The notes under the pieces are model-generated. The model did no database searches, had not been told where the DNA came from, and worked only from the letters and a program-made list of their open reading frames with translations. 64,000 nucleotides of DNA from an uncultured Acidobacteriaceae bacterium. Lineage in GTDB: Bacteria; Acidobacteriota; Terriglobia; Terriglobales; Acidobacteriaceae. Position numbers and translations under genes: made by a program. Below are positions 1 through 9,710 of the stretch, piece by piece. Each line of letters begins with the position of its first letter. Position 1 is the first letter of the stretch. The stretch lies in NCBI GenBank assembly GCA_963816335.1, contig CAWFKA010000009.1, positions 360,392 to 424,391 on the forward strand. Reading direction: 5' to 3'.

Positions 1-627
1 GCTGACGAGATTGAAGCCAAGGGACGAAAGACGCTGAGGATTGCTTCCGACGTGCGGGATCGCAAGTCGCTCGAATCGGTCCGCGATCAGACTGTAAGCA
101 CTTTCGGCAAGGTGGATATATTGTTCAACTGCGCCGGTATTACGAAGCGCGCACCAACCTTGGATTTTTCCGAAGAGACATGGTCTGACATCATGGAGAT
201 CAATCTCACCGGCACTCTGCGCGGCTGCCAGGTCTTTGGGCAGCACATGCTTGATCGCAAGTATGGCCGAATTATCAATATTGCTTCCCTATCCACGTTT
301 GTAGGCCTCTTCGAAGTTGCGGCGTATGGCGCCAGCAAGGCCGCTGTAGGGTCGCTGACGAAAACGCTGGCGGTGGAGTGGTCACGCCATGGAGTTCTTG
401 TGAACGCGATCGCGCCAGGACTATTCCGAACAGCCTTGAACGCGAGCCTGCTGGATGGGACCGATCGAGGCCGCGAATTTCTGACTCGCACACCGATGGG
501 GAGATTTGGAAAAACGGAAGAACTGGTCGGGGCAGCCGTCTTTCTCGCGTCGGATGCGGCAGGTTTTATTACCGGCGAGATTATTGTGGTGGACGGCGGG
601 TTTCTTGCGAGCGGAGTGAACCAGTAG
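1..627 (+). CDS. SDR family oxidoreductase (KduD/IdnO/UxuB-like), 5' end cut by window edge
   Basis: Frame 1 is open from nt 1. The translation shows the classical SDR core (NIASLS, YGASKAAV Tyr-x3-Lys, PG..RT, VVDGGF tail). It lies directly upstream of uxaC. Confidence 0.85.
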   Translation, partial: ADEIEAKGRKTLRIASDVRDRKSLESVRDQTVSTFGKVDILFNCAGITKRAPTLDFSEETWSDIMEINLTGTLRGCQVFGQHMLDRKYGRIINIASLSTFVGLFEVAAYGASKAAVGSLTKTLAVEWSRHGVLVNAIAPGLFRTALNASLLDGTDRGREFLTRTPMGRFGKTEELVGAAVFLASDAAGFITGEIIVVDGGFLASGVNQ

Positions 628-668
628 ATAAGAAGGGTCGCCGATTTGACGATTTTGGACTGCGGGTT

Positions 669-2063
669 ATGACGATATTGAATGACGACAGGCTATTTCC
701 TTCGGATCCTACTACGCGTGCGACCGCTCGGCGCTTGTATTCCGAAATTCGTTCGCTCCCGATTCTCAGTCCGCACGGCCATACAAATGCTGAATGGTTT
801 GCGGAGGACCAGGCCTTTCCTGATCCGGCGCGCCTCTTCATTTCACCGGATCACTACATCTATCGAATGTTGTACAGCCAGGGTCTTCGTTTAGAGGACC
901 TTGGAGTAGGCACGCGGCTGGACATGGATCCGAGAAGCGTGTGGCGACTATTCGCGAAGCACTACTATTTGTTTCGTGGCACGCCGACGCGGATGTGGCT
1001 GGATTACGCATTTCAGGAACACTTTGGGTTGCAGGCGCGACTGTCGGAGACAAACGCGGATCAGTACTTCGACACAATCTCCGAAAGGCTCAACCAACCG
1101 GAGTTTCGGCCTCGCGCATTACTGGAGAAGTTCAAGATTGAAGTTTTGGCGACAACCGATTCTCCGCTGGATTCGCTCGAACACCACAAGAAACTCCAGA
1201 CGCTTAAATTGACGACGCGCATTCTTCCGACCTTTCGTCCTGACGCGGTTGTTGATCCTGCCTTCGATTCTTTCAAGGCTAACGTTCTGAGGTTGGCCAC
1301 ACTCTCTGCTGAAGATACGACGAGTTGGAGCGGTTATCTGGCAGCACTGCGTTGGTCGCGTGAGCAATTCAAAGCATTGGGTTGCACGGCAACGGATCAT
1401 GGTCATCCGACCGTAGCGACGGCTGATCTGGATTCTTCCTCCGCTGCAGCGTTGTTCAACACCGTGCTGGGTGACGCTGCGACGCCTGCGGATAAGGAAC
1501 TCTTTCGGGCACAAATGCTTACGGAAATGGCGCGAATGAGTATGGATGATGGATTGGTGATGCAGATCCATCCGGGAAGTTTCCGCAATCATAATCTGCA
1601 GCTATACAAGACTTTTGGCCGGGATGTTGGCGCGGATATTCCGACGCTGACTGACTATGCCCACAATCTGCAACCTCTGCTTAATCGCTTTGGAAATGAA
1701 GCGAGCCTGACAATCATTCTCTTTACGTTGGACGAATCTACTTACAGCCGTGAGCTTGCACCGTTGGCAGGCCATTATCCCTGCCTTCGACTTGGACCGG
1801 CGTGGTGGTTCCACGACAGCCCCGAGGGAATGATGCGATATCGTGAAACGACGACGGAGACTGCTGGCTTTTACAATACAGTGGGCTTCAATGACGATAC
1901 GCGCGCTTTTCTATCCATTCCGGCGAGGCATGACGTGGCGCGCCGAATTGATTGTGCGTACCTGGGCAGGCTGGTAACGGAACATCGACTGGATGAGGAT
2001 GAAGCTCACGAACTCGCACATGAACTTACATATGGACTGGCGCATCGGGCGTACAGGTTGTAG
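669..2063 (+). CDS. uxaC: glucuronate isomerase
   Basis: 465-aa product from the ATG at 669 (MTILNDDRLFPSDP...). It has UxaC-like length and motifs (SPHGHT, IHPGSFRNHN, WWFHDSPEGM). The upstream part of ORF 378..2063 overlaps the SDR gene and reads as non-protein-like Arg-rich sequence. Confidence 0.9.
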   Translation: MTILNDDRLFPSDPTTRATARRLYSEIRSLPILSPHGHTNAEWFAEDQAFPDPARLFISPDHYIYRMLYSQGLRLEDLGVGTRLDMDPRSVWRLFAKHYYLFRGTPTRMWLDYAFQEHFGLQARLSETNADQYFDTISERLNQPEFRPRALLEKFKIEVLATTDSPLDSLEHHKKLQTLKLTTRILPTFRPDAVVDPAFDSFKANVLRLATLSAEDTTSWSGYLAALRWSREQFKALGCTATDHGHPTVATADLDSSSAAALFNTVLGDAATPADKELFRAQMLTEMARMSMDDGLVMQIHPGSFRNHNLQLYKTFGRDVGADIPTLTDYAHNLQPLLNRFGNEASLTIILFTLDESTYSRELAPLAGHYPCLRLGPAWWFHDSPEGMMRYRETTTETAGFYNTVGFNDDTRAFLSIPARHDVARRIDCAYLGRLVTEHRLDEDEAHELAHELTYGLAHRAYRL

Positions 2064-2167
2064 ATGTGTGCGAGTCGAGTTAGAAATGTCGCTCAACGGA
2101 CATGTAATTAGGAAACTTTTAGTCCGTTGAAGTAGTCACTGAAGGATGCAATTCAACTGGAGAAGAC

Positions 2168-3439
2168 TTGGTTAGCGGACTCCCACAATCAGGGTTGTAT
2201 ATGAGCGATGAGGACCTGCGCAAGGTCGTCGCTGACGCTGCTTCGTCTGGCCCATTCGATAACAAGCGAGTATTGGTCATTATCCCTGATGGAACTCGCA
2301 CAATGCCGATGGCGCAAATGTACTCCGCGCTGCTGGAGCTGTTGAAACCTCGGACCACTGCGCTCGATTACTTAGTTGCTCTCGGCACGCATCCGCCGAT
2401 GAACGATGCGCAACTGAGTAAGCTGATGGGACATCCGGTGGTCGACGGCACAATTGGTGAGTCCCGTATCTTCAACCATCGCTGGGAAGATCCAGAGACA
2501 TTCACCTGCTTTGGATCAATTTCAGCCAGTGAGATTGCTTCCATTACGAAGGGTCTGATATCGCAGGAAGTCCCCGTTACCTTGAATCGAATGATTCTTG
2601 ACTACGATCATATTGTGATTTGCGGACCCGTTTTTCCGCACGAGGTTGCGGGTTTCTCCGGAGGTAACAAGTACTTCTTCCCAGGCATCGCCGGATCGGA
2701 GATCATCAACCTTACTCACTGGCTGGGCGCGATGATCACCAACTATAACGTGATCGGAACGACTTACACGCCCGTGCGTGCGGTGATCGAACGAGCAGCC
2801 ACCTTCATCCCGCGGCCTACATCGTGCTTTGCCCTTGTCGTAACGGAGCAAGGTCTCGCAGGAATGTTTTTTGGGTCTGCTCCTGAGGCCTGGAAAGCAG
2901 CTGCATTGCTTTCGGCAAAAACTCATATCGTTTATGTCGATGCACCTTTCAAGAGAGTGCTTGCGATCATGCCTGAAATGTATGACGACTTGTGGACGGC
3001 TGCGAAGGGCATGTACAAGATGGAGCCCGCTGTATCGGATGGCGGTGAAGTCATTATCTACAGCCCAGGAATTACAGAGGTCAGCTACACGCATGGCAAG
3101 CTGATTGATGAGGTTGGATACCATTGCCGCGACTACTTTACGAAACAGTGGGACCGCTTTAAGGACTTTCCTGGTGGAGTGCTGGCCCACTCGACGCACC
3201 TGAAGGGCATGGGCCAATACGATACGGAGAGTGGCATAGAATATCCGCGGATTAATGTGACACTTGCCACTGGAATACCGCGAGAACGCTGTGAGCGATT
3301 GAATCTCGGCTATCTGGATCCGGCGAGTATAAACATTGAGGAGTGGCGCGATCGTGAGAGCGAGGGTGTCGTGGTTATTCCTCGCGCCGGAGAGACTCTA
3401 TTTCGACTTAAGGAACCGCATATGATCGCGGCAGACTAA
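2168..3439 (+). CDS. LarA-like (DUF2088) nickel-pincer-dependent 2-hydroxyacid racemase/epimerase family protein
   Basis: 423 aa with LarA N-domain signatures: VLVIIPDGTR, ALGTHPPM and FPHEVAGFSGGNKYFFPG (the GGxK segment). The TTG at 2168 follows GGAGA; an alternative ATG lies at 2201. Confidence 0.75.
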   Translation: MVSGLPQSGLYMSDEDLRKVVADAASSGPFDNKRVLVIIPDGTRTMPMAQMYSALLELLKPRTTALDYLVALGTHPPMNDAQLSKLMGHPVVDGTIGESRIFNHRWEDPETFTCFGSISASEIASITKGLISQEVPVTLNRMILDYDHIVICGPVFPHEVAGFSGGNKYFFPGIAGSEIINLTHWLGAMITNYNVIGTTYTPVRAVIERAATFIPRPTSCFALVVTEQGLAGMFFGSAPEAWKAAALLSAKTHIVYVDAPFKRVLAIMPEMYDDLWTAAKGMYKMEPAVSDGGEVIIYSPGITEVSYTHGKLIDEVGYHCRDYFTKQWDRFKDFPGGVLAHSTHLKGMGQYDTESGIEYPRINVTLATGIPRERCERLNLGYLDPASINIEEWRDRESEGVVVIPRAGETLFRLKEPHMIAAD

Positions 3440-3478
3440 CATTTCTTAGTTATCGGCTGTTGATTTCTTTGGGGGACG

Positions 3479-4567
3479 TTGCGGATGAGTTTAGGTTTCG
3501 AAATTGCCAAGCATAAGTCTTTGGATCTGCTTTCTCTCGGCGCCCTGGTCAATCGGGTTGATCCCGGGGTGATTCCTTTTCGGAAAGCTTCGCATTTCTC
3601 AATTCATGTAAGCGGGGGTGAATTTAACGTAGCAGCGAACTTGTCCGACTGCTTTCGGATGAACACTGGGATTGCTTCGGCCATGGTTTCTTACCCGGTC
3701 GGCGACCTTATAGCTGAGAGAGTTCGAGCAATGGGTGTGCGCCCCTTCTATCGCCATTTCGAGCACGATGGCACGCACGGACCTAACATGGCGACCGTCT
3801 ACAGTGACCGCGGATTCGGAGTACGGGTACCCGTGGTTTTTTACAACCGCTCCAACGAAGCTGCCGCGCTGCTGAAGCCCGGCGACTTTGACTGGAAGGC
3901 GATCTTCGACGAGGGCGTTCGTTGGTTTCACAGTGGTGGAATCTTTTCCTCTCTGTCCGACAGCACAGCGGAACTTGTCCTGGCGGCGATGCATGCCGCC
4001 AAGGCGGCAGGCGTCATCGTTTCCTTCGACTTGAACTATCGCGAGAAGCTATGGAAATCGCGCGGGGGCATTAAGCGCGCTCAGGAAGTTCTTGGATCCA
4101 TCATAGAAAATGTGGACGTGCTCGTCGGCAATGAAGAGGACTTGCAGAAGGGACTTGGCTTTTCGGGTCCGGAGGTCCATGGACGGTCTAAACTTGATCC
4201 CGGCGCGTTTCTATCCATGATTGGAAACGTCGTCCATCGTTTTCCGAACGTGAAGATCGTGGCCACAACTCTTCGCGAAGCTCATTCCACAAACCGGCAC
4301 AGTTGGGGAGCAGTTGCGTGGGTGAACGGCAAAACCGTATCTTCACCGACGTGCGAGCTTGATGTGTATGACCGTGTAGGCGGCGGCGATGGGTTTGCTT
4401 CGGGCTTCTTTTACGGTCTGCTCAATGGGGAGTCACCGGAGCAGGCCATTCGCCTTGGCTGGGCACATGGAGCGTTGCTGACAACCTATCCGGGCGATAC
4501 TACGATGGCCACAGTGGAGCAGGTGAGAGCTTTCGCTGAGGGCGGTTCCGCGCGGATTCAGCGTTAG
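3479..4567 (+). CDS. kdgK: PfkB-family sugar kinase, probable 2-dehydro-3-deoxygluconokinase
   Basis: Contains the PfkB signature DRVGGGDGFASGFFYGLL and NYREKLW. It sits with uxaC. The ATG at 3485, 9 nt after GGGGGA, is the likelier start. Confidence 0.8.
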   Translation: MRMSLGFEIAKHKSLDLLSLGALVNRVDPGVIPFRKASHFSIHVSGGEFNVAANLSDCFRMNTGIASAMVSYPVGDLIAERVRAMGVRPFYRHFEHDGTHGPNMATVYSDRGFGVRVPVVFYNRSNEAAALLKPGDFDWKAIFDEGVRWFHSGGIFSSLSDSTAELVLAAMHAAKAAGVIVSFDLNYREKLWKSRGGIKRAQEVLGSIIENVDVLVGNEEDLQKGLGFSGPEVHGRSKLDPGAFLSMIGNVVHRFPNVKIVATTLREAHSTNRHSWGAVAWVNGKTVSSPTCELDVYDRVGGGDGFASGFFYGLLNGESPEQAIRLGWAHGALLTTYPGDTTMATVEQVRAFAEGGSARIQR

Positions 4568-4686
4568 CAATTAGCGATGTGAGCGAACTGGCGCGAGCGC
4601 GAAACATCGAGCACCACGAACCAGCCACCTCGAATGATCTTCAGGCTGCAAAATGTATGAGCGGCACTCGAATCATACGAGGTGGT

Positions 4687-5109
4687 TTAAGTTTCCGTCC
4701 CGGTAGCCACAACAAAGTACTGCGCGTCCACGGAGCCGCTGTTCCGAACTCCATGTTCTTCGCCCGAATGGACGTAGGCGGCAGAGCCAGGTCCAATTGT
4801 GGATGTCTTGCCCGCGATCGTGACGTCCAAATTTCCCTTGCACATCAGAAATAGTTCGTCGTGCTTGTGATGATGAGGTGGATGGGGAGAACTTCCCGGC
4901 GCAAGGATCGTTTCGTGAACCTCCATCTGCGCACCGGACTCAGTCTTGCCATTCAGAATTGGCCTCATCGTGTTAGGGCCGCTCTTTTTAGCTTCTAATT
5001 TGTCAAAAGGAGTTACGAACGAGGCTAAACCCTGGTCCTGCGCAGAGGAGGCTATCGATGCGAACAGGATAGGTAGTGAAGCACATAGGCTACGCCGTGA
5101 TGCATCCAT
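4687..5109 (-). CDS. secreted cupin domain protein
   Basis: Cupin motifs HHHKHDELFLMCKG and AAYVHSGEEHGVRN. The internal start MDASRRSLCASLPILFASIASSAQ gives a signal peptide and removes the overlap with the TBDR stop. Confidence 0.7.
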   Translation of the reverse strand: MDASRRSLCASLPILFASIASSAQDQGLASFVTPFDKLEAKKSGPNTMRPILNGKTESGAQMEVHETILAPGSSPHPPHHHKHDELFLMCKGNLDVTIAGKTSTIGPGSAAYVHSGEEHGVRNSGSVDAQYFVVATGTET

Positions 5110-5185
5110 AAGAACCCCTGTGATTGAAAATTTGGGGATGATCGATTGGATTTCTCCGGCGATCATCCCCGCTGAGGGCGTGAGC

Positions 5186-8100
5186 CTAAAAGGAGAGCTT
5201 GGCGGATAGCTGAAGTGCGCGTCCACCGCCGACACCGTTCACTCCGCTTCCGCTGCCGAGTGTGCTGGTAACTTGTCCAAACGTACCGCTGGTTAGCGAC
5301 GCTTGGGGATTCGCAAACTGTGGTGTGTTGGTTAACTGGAAAGCATCGGCACGGACATTGAGGATCCATCTTTCCGTGATCCTGAAGTCCTTGAACATGG
5401 AAAGATTGTTCTGAAAGTAGCCCGGACCATAGAACTGGTTGCGGCCGGTGTTTCCAACGAACGCTTGTCCGTTGGGGTAGGTCCCTACATACCCTAACGG
5501 TTGAGCAAAGCTGGAAGTATCAAACCACTGCTTTCCGGCTCCGATATGTCCAAGCTTGTGAAACGGCTTTACCAGGTTCGCAGTCTGTGTGGTTCCAGGC
5601 GTGTTAAGCGTTCCGCCGTTCGCAGTCACGGTGAAGGGAATACCGGAGACTACCGATATGATTCCTGCGATCTTCCAACCACCAATAATCGAGGACGCTA
5701 TACCGGAAGAATTCACCCAGCGTTTGCCCTGTCCAATTGGCAGCTCATAGGTAAAGCTCTGTTCAAAATTGAGCCTGCGATCGTAGTCGGCAGGACCATA
5801 GTTTCTCCGCTGATCGACGTAGAACAAAAGACCGCCATCGTCTCCGCTCTGATAGTTCAACCCTTTGGCCCAGGTAAATGCTGTTGTGGATGCAAGTCCG
5901 TTGACAAAGTGTCTGACTAACTGCGTTTGCAGGGATTGGTAATTCGACGAATAGCCAAGAAAGATCGCATTGGTGCTGGCGGTACGATGTAAGGTCGTGC
6001 CAGGAAGAGAATTGGGCAAGTTATATTCCGGGTCGCTTGCGCTCCCACCACCGTAAACACTGGGCAGATTGATGTTCTGGTTTGACGCAATGTTAACGCC
6101 GTGATTGGCCACATACGCTATCTGCAGGGAAAACTGCCCGGGCAACGCCTGCTGAACCGTCAGATTCCAGGACATTGCGTAGGGATTCTTCCAGTCAGTT
6201 GGAACCACGTTATAGTTCTGCGCGACGAGTTGCGGAGTATTCGTCGCAATGATTCCATCCGATGGAATTACAACGGGCACAGGTGCCGGAAATCCTGCCT
6301 GGAATGTTGGCACAGTGACGTTATCAGCCAGCACTGCGGGCTGATAGCTGTTAAGAGAGTTGTACGAGTTGTTAGACCGCACGGGATAGTTATACGCATA
6401 ACTGTTGTCCGGATACGGTGTATAGCTTATTCCGAAGCCGCCGCGTAGTACCGTAGCTTCGCTTACACGGTAGGCGAAGCCCGTTCTCGGAGCGAAGTAG
6501 CTGTAATACGTTTTCATTCCCAGATTCGATGGATTGGTTCCAACGCCCGCTAAAACCAGCTGGTTCGCGGCTGGATCAAAGTTGGAAAAGCCGCCCGTTA
6601 CCGCTGGTGTAGCAGGAGGATAGAGTTCCCAACGGAGGCCGAGATCGAGGGTTAATTTCGATGTCGCCTGCCACTTGTCATTGACGAAGCTAAAGATCCA
6701 CCACTGTCGGTATGCCGGAGTGAAGGTATTCAAGTCACGTCCCGCCTGGCTGGGCAAATCGAGGAGGAAACTGGCCATGTCGTTGGCAATATTCGTAGCT
6801 GTGCCCGGCGTGGAAGTCTGGTTTTCCGCAAAGGTGTAGACGCCTCTGGGACTGAACGTCTGATCCTGGAGGAGGTCGTCTCGAATGCGCCGCAAATCAC
6901 CGCCAAACTTGAGGGTGTGATTCTTTATGATCTTGGTCCAATGGTTTACAAAGTCGATGTTAGACTCTGCACGGATCCAGGGCACGCTGGCTGAATATCC
7001 AATGATGGGGTTCGAGAAATTTCCAAGAGTGATTCCGACCTGTCCGGAGGTGAACGGCTGTCCGGGAATATTGACTCCGGGAACGCCGAGCGTGTCGGCA
7101 TCGTTCGAACCATAGTTTGATGGAGTGGCGTTGTTTGCGAGATGTGCAACGCCAATTCTCGCCTCAGTCAGCAGCGTGGGAGAGAAGACCCGGTTGTAAT
7201 AGACACCGGTGCTATAGGCGCCCTGGTTGCCTGTTGCCTCGAAGCCTCCCTGTGCGGGGCCTCCAAAGAATGGTCCAAAGACGGGTGCCTGGTAAGTTAG
7301 AACGCCCTGGTAGCTGTAACGACCGCTCAGAGTGTCCTTTGAATCGATTACCCAATCAACCTTGGAATCATAAGTATTGCTGCCCTTGGTAAAAGCTAGA
7401 TTGGCGTTGTAGTCATTCGCGAGCGTATATCCATTGGGAACGGTGCGATTAGGTGCAGGTAGTCCATTAAGAATGGACAGCGTGACAGGATTTACACGGC
7501 TCATCGGGATTTGATTGTTGGGGAACTGCTGCCTTCCGGTTCCATCCACATTACCTGTCGTCGGGTCATAGATGTTGCCGGCGTTTGTAGTGGGATTATG
7601 CGCGCCGTTGAGATCGATGCATTCTCCACCACCGGTCAAGCAAGGAACCGGGGTAGAAAACTCCTTCAATGGAATTGTGAGGCTGTTGTTATTTGCTTCG
7701 TGGTCCGAAGTTCTCAGGTAGTCAAAGTAGAAGAACAATTTGTTCCTCACGATTGGTCCACCTATACCACCACCAAAATAGTTATAGGCAACATGGGGCA
7801 AAGTGGTCGAGAAGTAATTCTTGGCGTTGAATGCCTGGTTCTGCAGGAATTCTTCGACGAACCCGTGGAACTGGTTGGTTCCCGATTTCAGAATGACGTT
7901 CGTTACAGCTCCGGTCGCGCGGCCAAGCTCTGCTTCGAAATTGTTGGTCGAAATATCAACCGTCTGAATCGCTTCTGCAGGCGGAATCAATATTTGCAAA
8001 AGGCCAGTTCGCTCGTTGTCGTCAATACCTTCGATCTGGTAGCTGTTTCCCTGTCGAGGCAAGCCGTTCACTTGCGTTTGCAGCGAACTTTGCGCATTGA

Positions 8101-8656
8101 AGAATTGCGAGTGCTGGAAAGTGGCGGGTGTCGTTCCCGGAACGAGGTTAAGAAGTCCCTGGAAGTTACGGTTCACCGACAACGGCATGTCGGCCACCTG
8201 TCGCGTGTCGAAGTTGACGCTGATATCGGCGCGGTCAGTCTGCAGCATCGGCGGCGCATCCGTAACGGTGACCGTTTCGCTTACATCGCCTGTGGCCATC
8301 GCGATGTCGACTCGGCTTGTGGAGTTGACGTTGACATCCACGTTTTCACGCAACGCTTTTTTGAAACTGGCTGCCGTAGCCGCTACGGAATAACGCCCCG
8401 GCGACAGATCAGGAAACGTGTAGTTGCCGCTATCGTTGGTTTTTGCTTCATGTGTAAGACCTGTGTTTACCTCGGTTATTGTCACGGTTGCGTTAGGGAC
8501 CGACGCACCCGAGGAATCCGTCACGGTTCCCAGAAGGGTTGCGCTGACGGCCTGTGCTCTTGCTTGCTGTCCTGCAGCGAGGAGCGTGCAGAAGACGAGA
8601 GCATAAATCATTTTTTTTATATTTTGATTGAACACCTTGCGGCCTCCGAGGAACAT
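5186..8656 (-). CDS. TonB-dependent receptor with N-terminal carboxypeptidase-regulatory-like domain
   Basis: 1156 aa. Signal peptide, then GTVTDSSGASVPNATVTITEVNTGLTHEAKTNDSGNYTFPDLSPGRYSV (CarboxypepD_reg), a plug region, a long beta-barrel and a C-terminal aromatic residue (LSF). An alternative start lies at 8611. Confidence 0.85.
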   Translation of the reverse strand: MFLGGRKVFNQNIKKMIYALVFCTLLAAGQQARAQAVSATLLGTVTDSSGASVPNATVTITEVNTGLTHEAKTNDSGNYTFPDLSPGRYSVAATAASFKKALRENVDVNVNSTSRVDIAMATGDVSETVTVTDAPPMLQTDRADISVNFDTRQVADMPLSVNRNFQGLLNLVPGTTPATFQHSQFFNAQSSLQTQVNGLPRQGNSYQIEGIDDNERTGLLQILIPPAEAIQTVDISTNNFEAELGRATGAVTNVILKSGTNQFHGFVEEFLQNQAFNAKNYFSTTLPHVAYNYFGGGIGGPIVRNKLFFYFDYLRTSDHEANNNSLTIPLKEFSTPVPCLTGGGECIDLNGAHNPTTNAGNIYDPTTGNVDGTGRQQFPNNQIPMSRVNPVTLSILNGLPAPNRTVPNGYTLANDYNANLAFTKGSNTYDSKVDWVIDSKDTLSGRYSYQGVLTYQAPVFGPFFGGPAQGGFEATGNQGAYSTGVYYNRVFSPTLLTEARIGVAHLANNATPSNYGSNDADTLGVPGVNIPGQPFTSGQVGITLGNFSNPIIGYSASVPWIRAESNIDFVNHWTKIIKNHTLKFGGDLRRIRDDLLQDQTFSPRGVYTFAENQTSTPGTATNIANDMASFLLDLPSQAGRDLNTFTPAYRQWWIFSFVNDKWQATSKLTLDLGLRWELYPPATPAVTGGFSNFDPAANQLVLAGVGTNPSNLGMKTYYSYFAPRTGFAYRVSEATVLRGGFGISYTPYPDNSYAYNYPVRSNNSYNSLNSYQPAVLADNVTVPTFQAGFPAPVPVVIPSDGIIATNTPQLVAQNYNVVPTDWKNPYAMSWNLTVQQALPGQFSLQIAYVANHGVNIASNQNINLPSVYGGGSASDPEYNLPNSLPGTTLHRTASTNAIFLGYSSNYQSLQTQLVRHFVNGLASTTAFTWAKGLNYQSGDDGGLLFYVDQRRNYGPADYDRRLNFEQSFTYELPIGQGKRWVNSSGIASSIIGGWKIAGIISVVSGIPFTVTANGGTLNTPGTTQTANLVKPFHKLGHIGAGKQWFDTSSFAQPLGYVGTYPNGQAFVGNTGRNQFYGPGYFQNNLSMFKDFRITERWILNVRADAFQLTNTPQFANPQASLTSGTFGQVTSTLGSGSGVNGVGGGRALQLSAKLSF

Positions 8657-8661
8657 ACTTG

Positions 8662-8674
8662 GCTGTCAGATAGC
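8662..8674. promoter_or_regulatory. candidate GntR/FadR operator (GCTGTCAGATAGC)
   Basis: Near-perfect palindrome immediately upstream of the TBDR start. It differs at one position from the palindrome at 9632-9644. Confidence 0.35.
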
Positions 8675-8869
8675 TTTACCGAAATCAGATGGACGTTAGC
8701 ATCCCATTTCCAAAGCTGTCAAACAAATTCGCCCGACCGGAGGTGGTCATTTTCCGATTTGGATCGTCGCTTCAAGGGGCTTTTACTAAGTGGTTTTCCG
8801 TCCCAGTTAAGCATTGAAGCGGAAGGGCTTGCCCGCGCCCTAAGTCCGATTACCAATTGACGGCACTCG

Positions 8870-9604
8870 TTATTTGGTGGGAGGGGAGACCATCTGGCTA
8901 GACACGCCGGTGGTTTCTACAATAGGTTCTCCGGAGAGCACACCCTGAACCCTGAGCAGGTGCTGGCGCATCGCGGTTCGGGCTCCCAGAGCGTCCCGTG
9001 TAGAAAGGGCTGCCACAATCGCCTTGTGATCCCGGATCGTCTTTTCCTGGTTTTTCAGGAGCCCGGTTCGTTCGCTTAGCTTGTTAAACATGGGGTTGAA
9101 CATATTGCTCCACAACGTATCCACAAGTCCTGTAAGTACGCTGTTCCCCATTACGGCAGCAATCCGCTTGTGAAACGCCTGATCCGCATCTCGGCCCTGG
9201 CTGCCGGCGGCCATGGCTCGCTCCATGTCGTCGATCGTCATTTGAATCTCGTTCAGATCCTCAATTGTGGCCTGAACCGCCACATTTGCGGCTATTTCAC
9301 CTTCAATCAGCAACCGCGCATTCAGTAATTCGAATGGCCCCGGGCCAGAGTCAATGATGACGGTTCGCGATGGGGAGGGCTTGCTAACGTAGATTCCAGA
9401 GCCTGTCCGTACCTCCACCAATCCAGCAATCTCAAGGGCGATCATTGCTTCGCGAATGGTGGGCCGACTGACCCCGAGCTGGCGAGCTAGTTCCTTTTCG
9501 GCAGGGAGTCTCTTTCCTGCGCCGATTCTGCCGCCTGAAATCAGTTCCTCAATGCGACTTGCCACCTGCTGATAAAGACGTTGCGTAGCAATGGGCTGTA
9601 ACAT
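8870..9604 (-). CDS. GntR family transcriptional regulator, FadR/FCD subfamily
   Basis: N-terminal wHTH (LPAEKELARQLGVSRPTIREAMIALEIAGLVEVRTGSGIYV) plus an all-helical FCD-like C-terminal domain. Confidence 0.9.
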   Translation of the reverse strand: MLQPIATQRLYQQVASRIEELISGGRIGAGKRLPAEKELARQLGVSRPTIREAMIALEIAGLVEVRTGSGIYVSKPSPSRTVIIDSGPGPFELLNARLLIEGEIAANVAVQATIEDLNEIQMTIDDMERAMAAGSQGRDADQAFHKRIAAVMGNSVLTGLVDTLWSNMFNPMFNKLSERTGLLKNQEKTIRDHKAIVAALSTRDALGARTAMRQHLLRVQGVLSGEPIVETTGVSSQMVSPPTK

Positions 9605-9631
9605 GACTCTCGATTCTAAGCTTACCTAGGA

Positions 9632-9644
9632 GGCTATCAGATAG
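9632..9644. promoter_or_regulatory. candidate GntR/FadR operator (GCTATCAGATAGC)
   Basis: Perfect 13-nt palindrome in the divergent gntR / GH79 intergenic region. Confidence 0.35.
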
Positions 9645-9710
9645 CTAGACAGCAGTCCACCTCTTGATTCATTATGGGGTCTGTCCCAGCGAGGAAGGAC
9701 GCGCGTCATC

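Noticed and set aside
378-668. N-terminal 97 codons of the track ORF 378..2063
   Set aside because: This stretch overlaps the 3' end of the SDR gene in another frame and reads as low-complexity Arg/Gly sequence. UxaC homology starts at the ATG at 669.
7511-8860. 449-aa ORF on the plus strand
   Set aside because: It is entirely antisense to the well-supported TonB-dependent receptor. The translation is Arg/Cys/Val-rich with no recognisable motifs, which is typical of a GC-rich shadow ORF.
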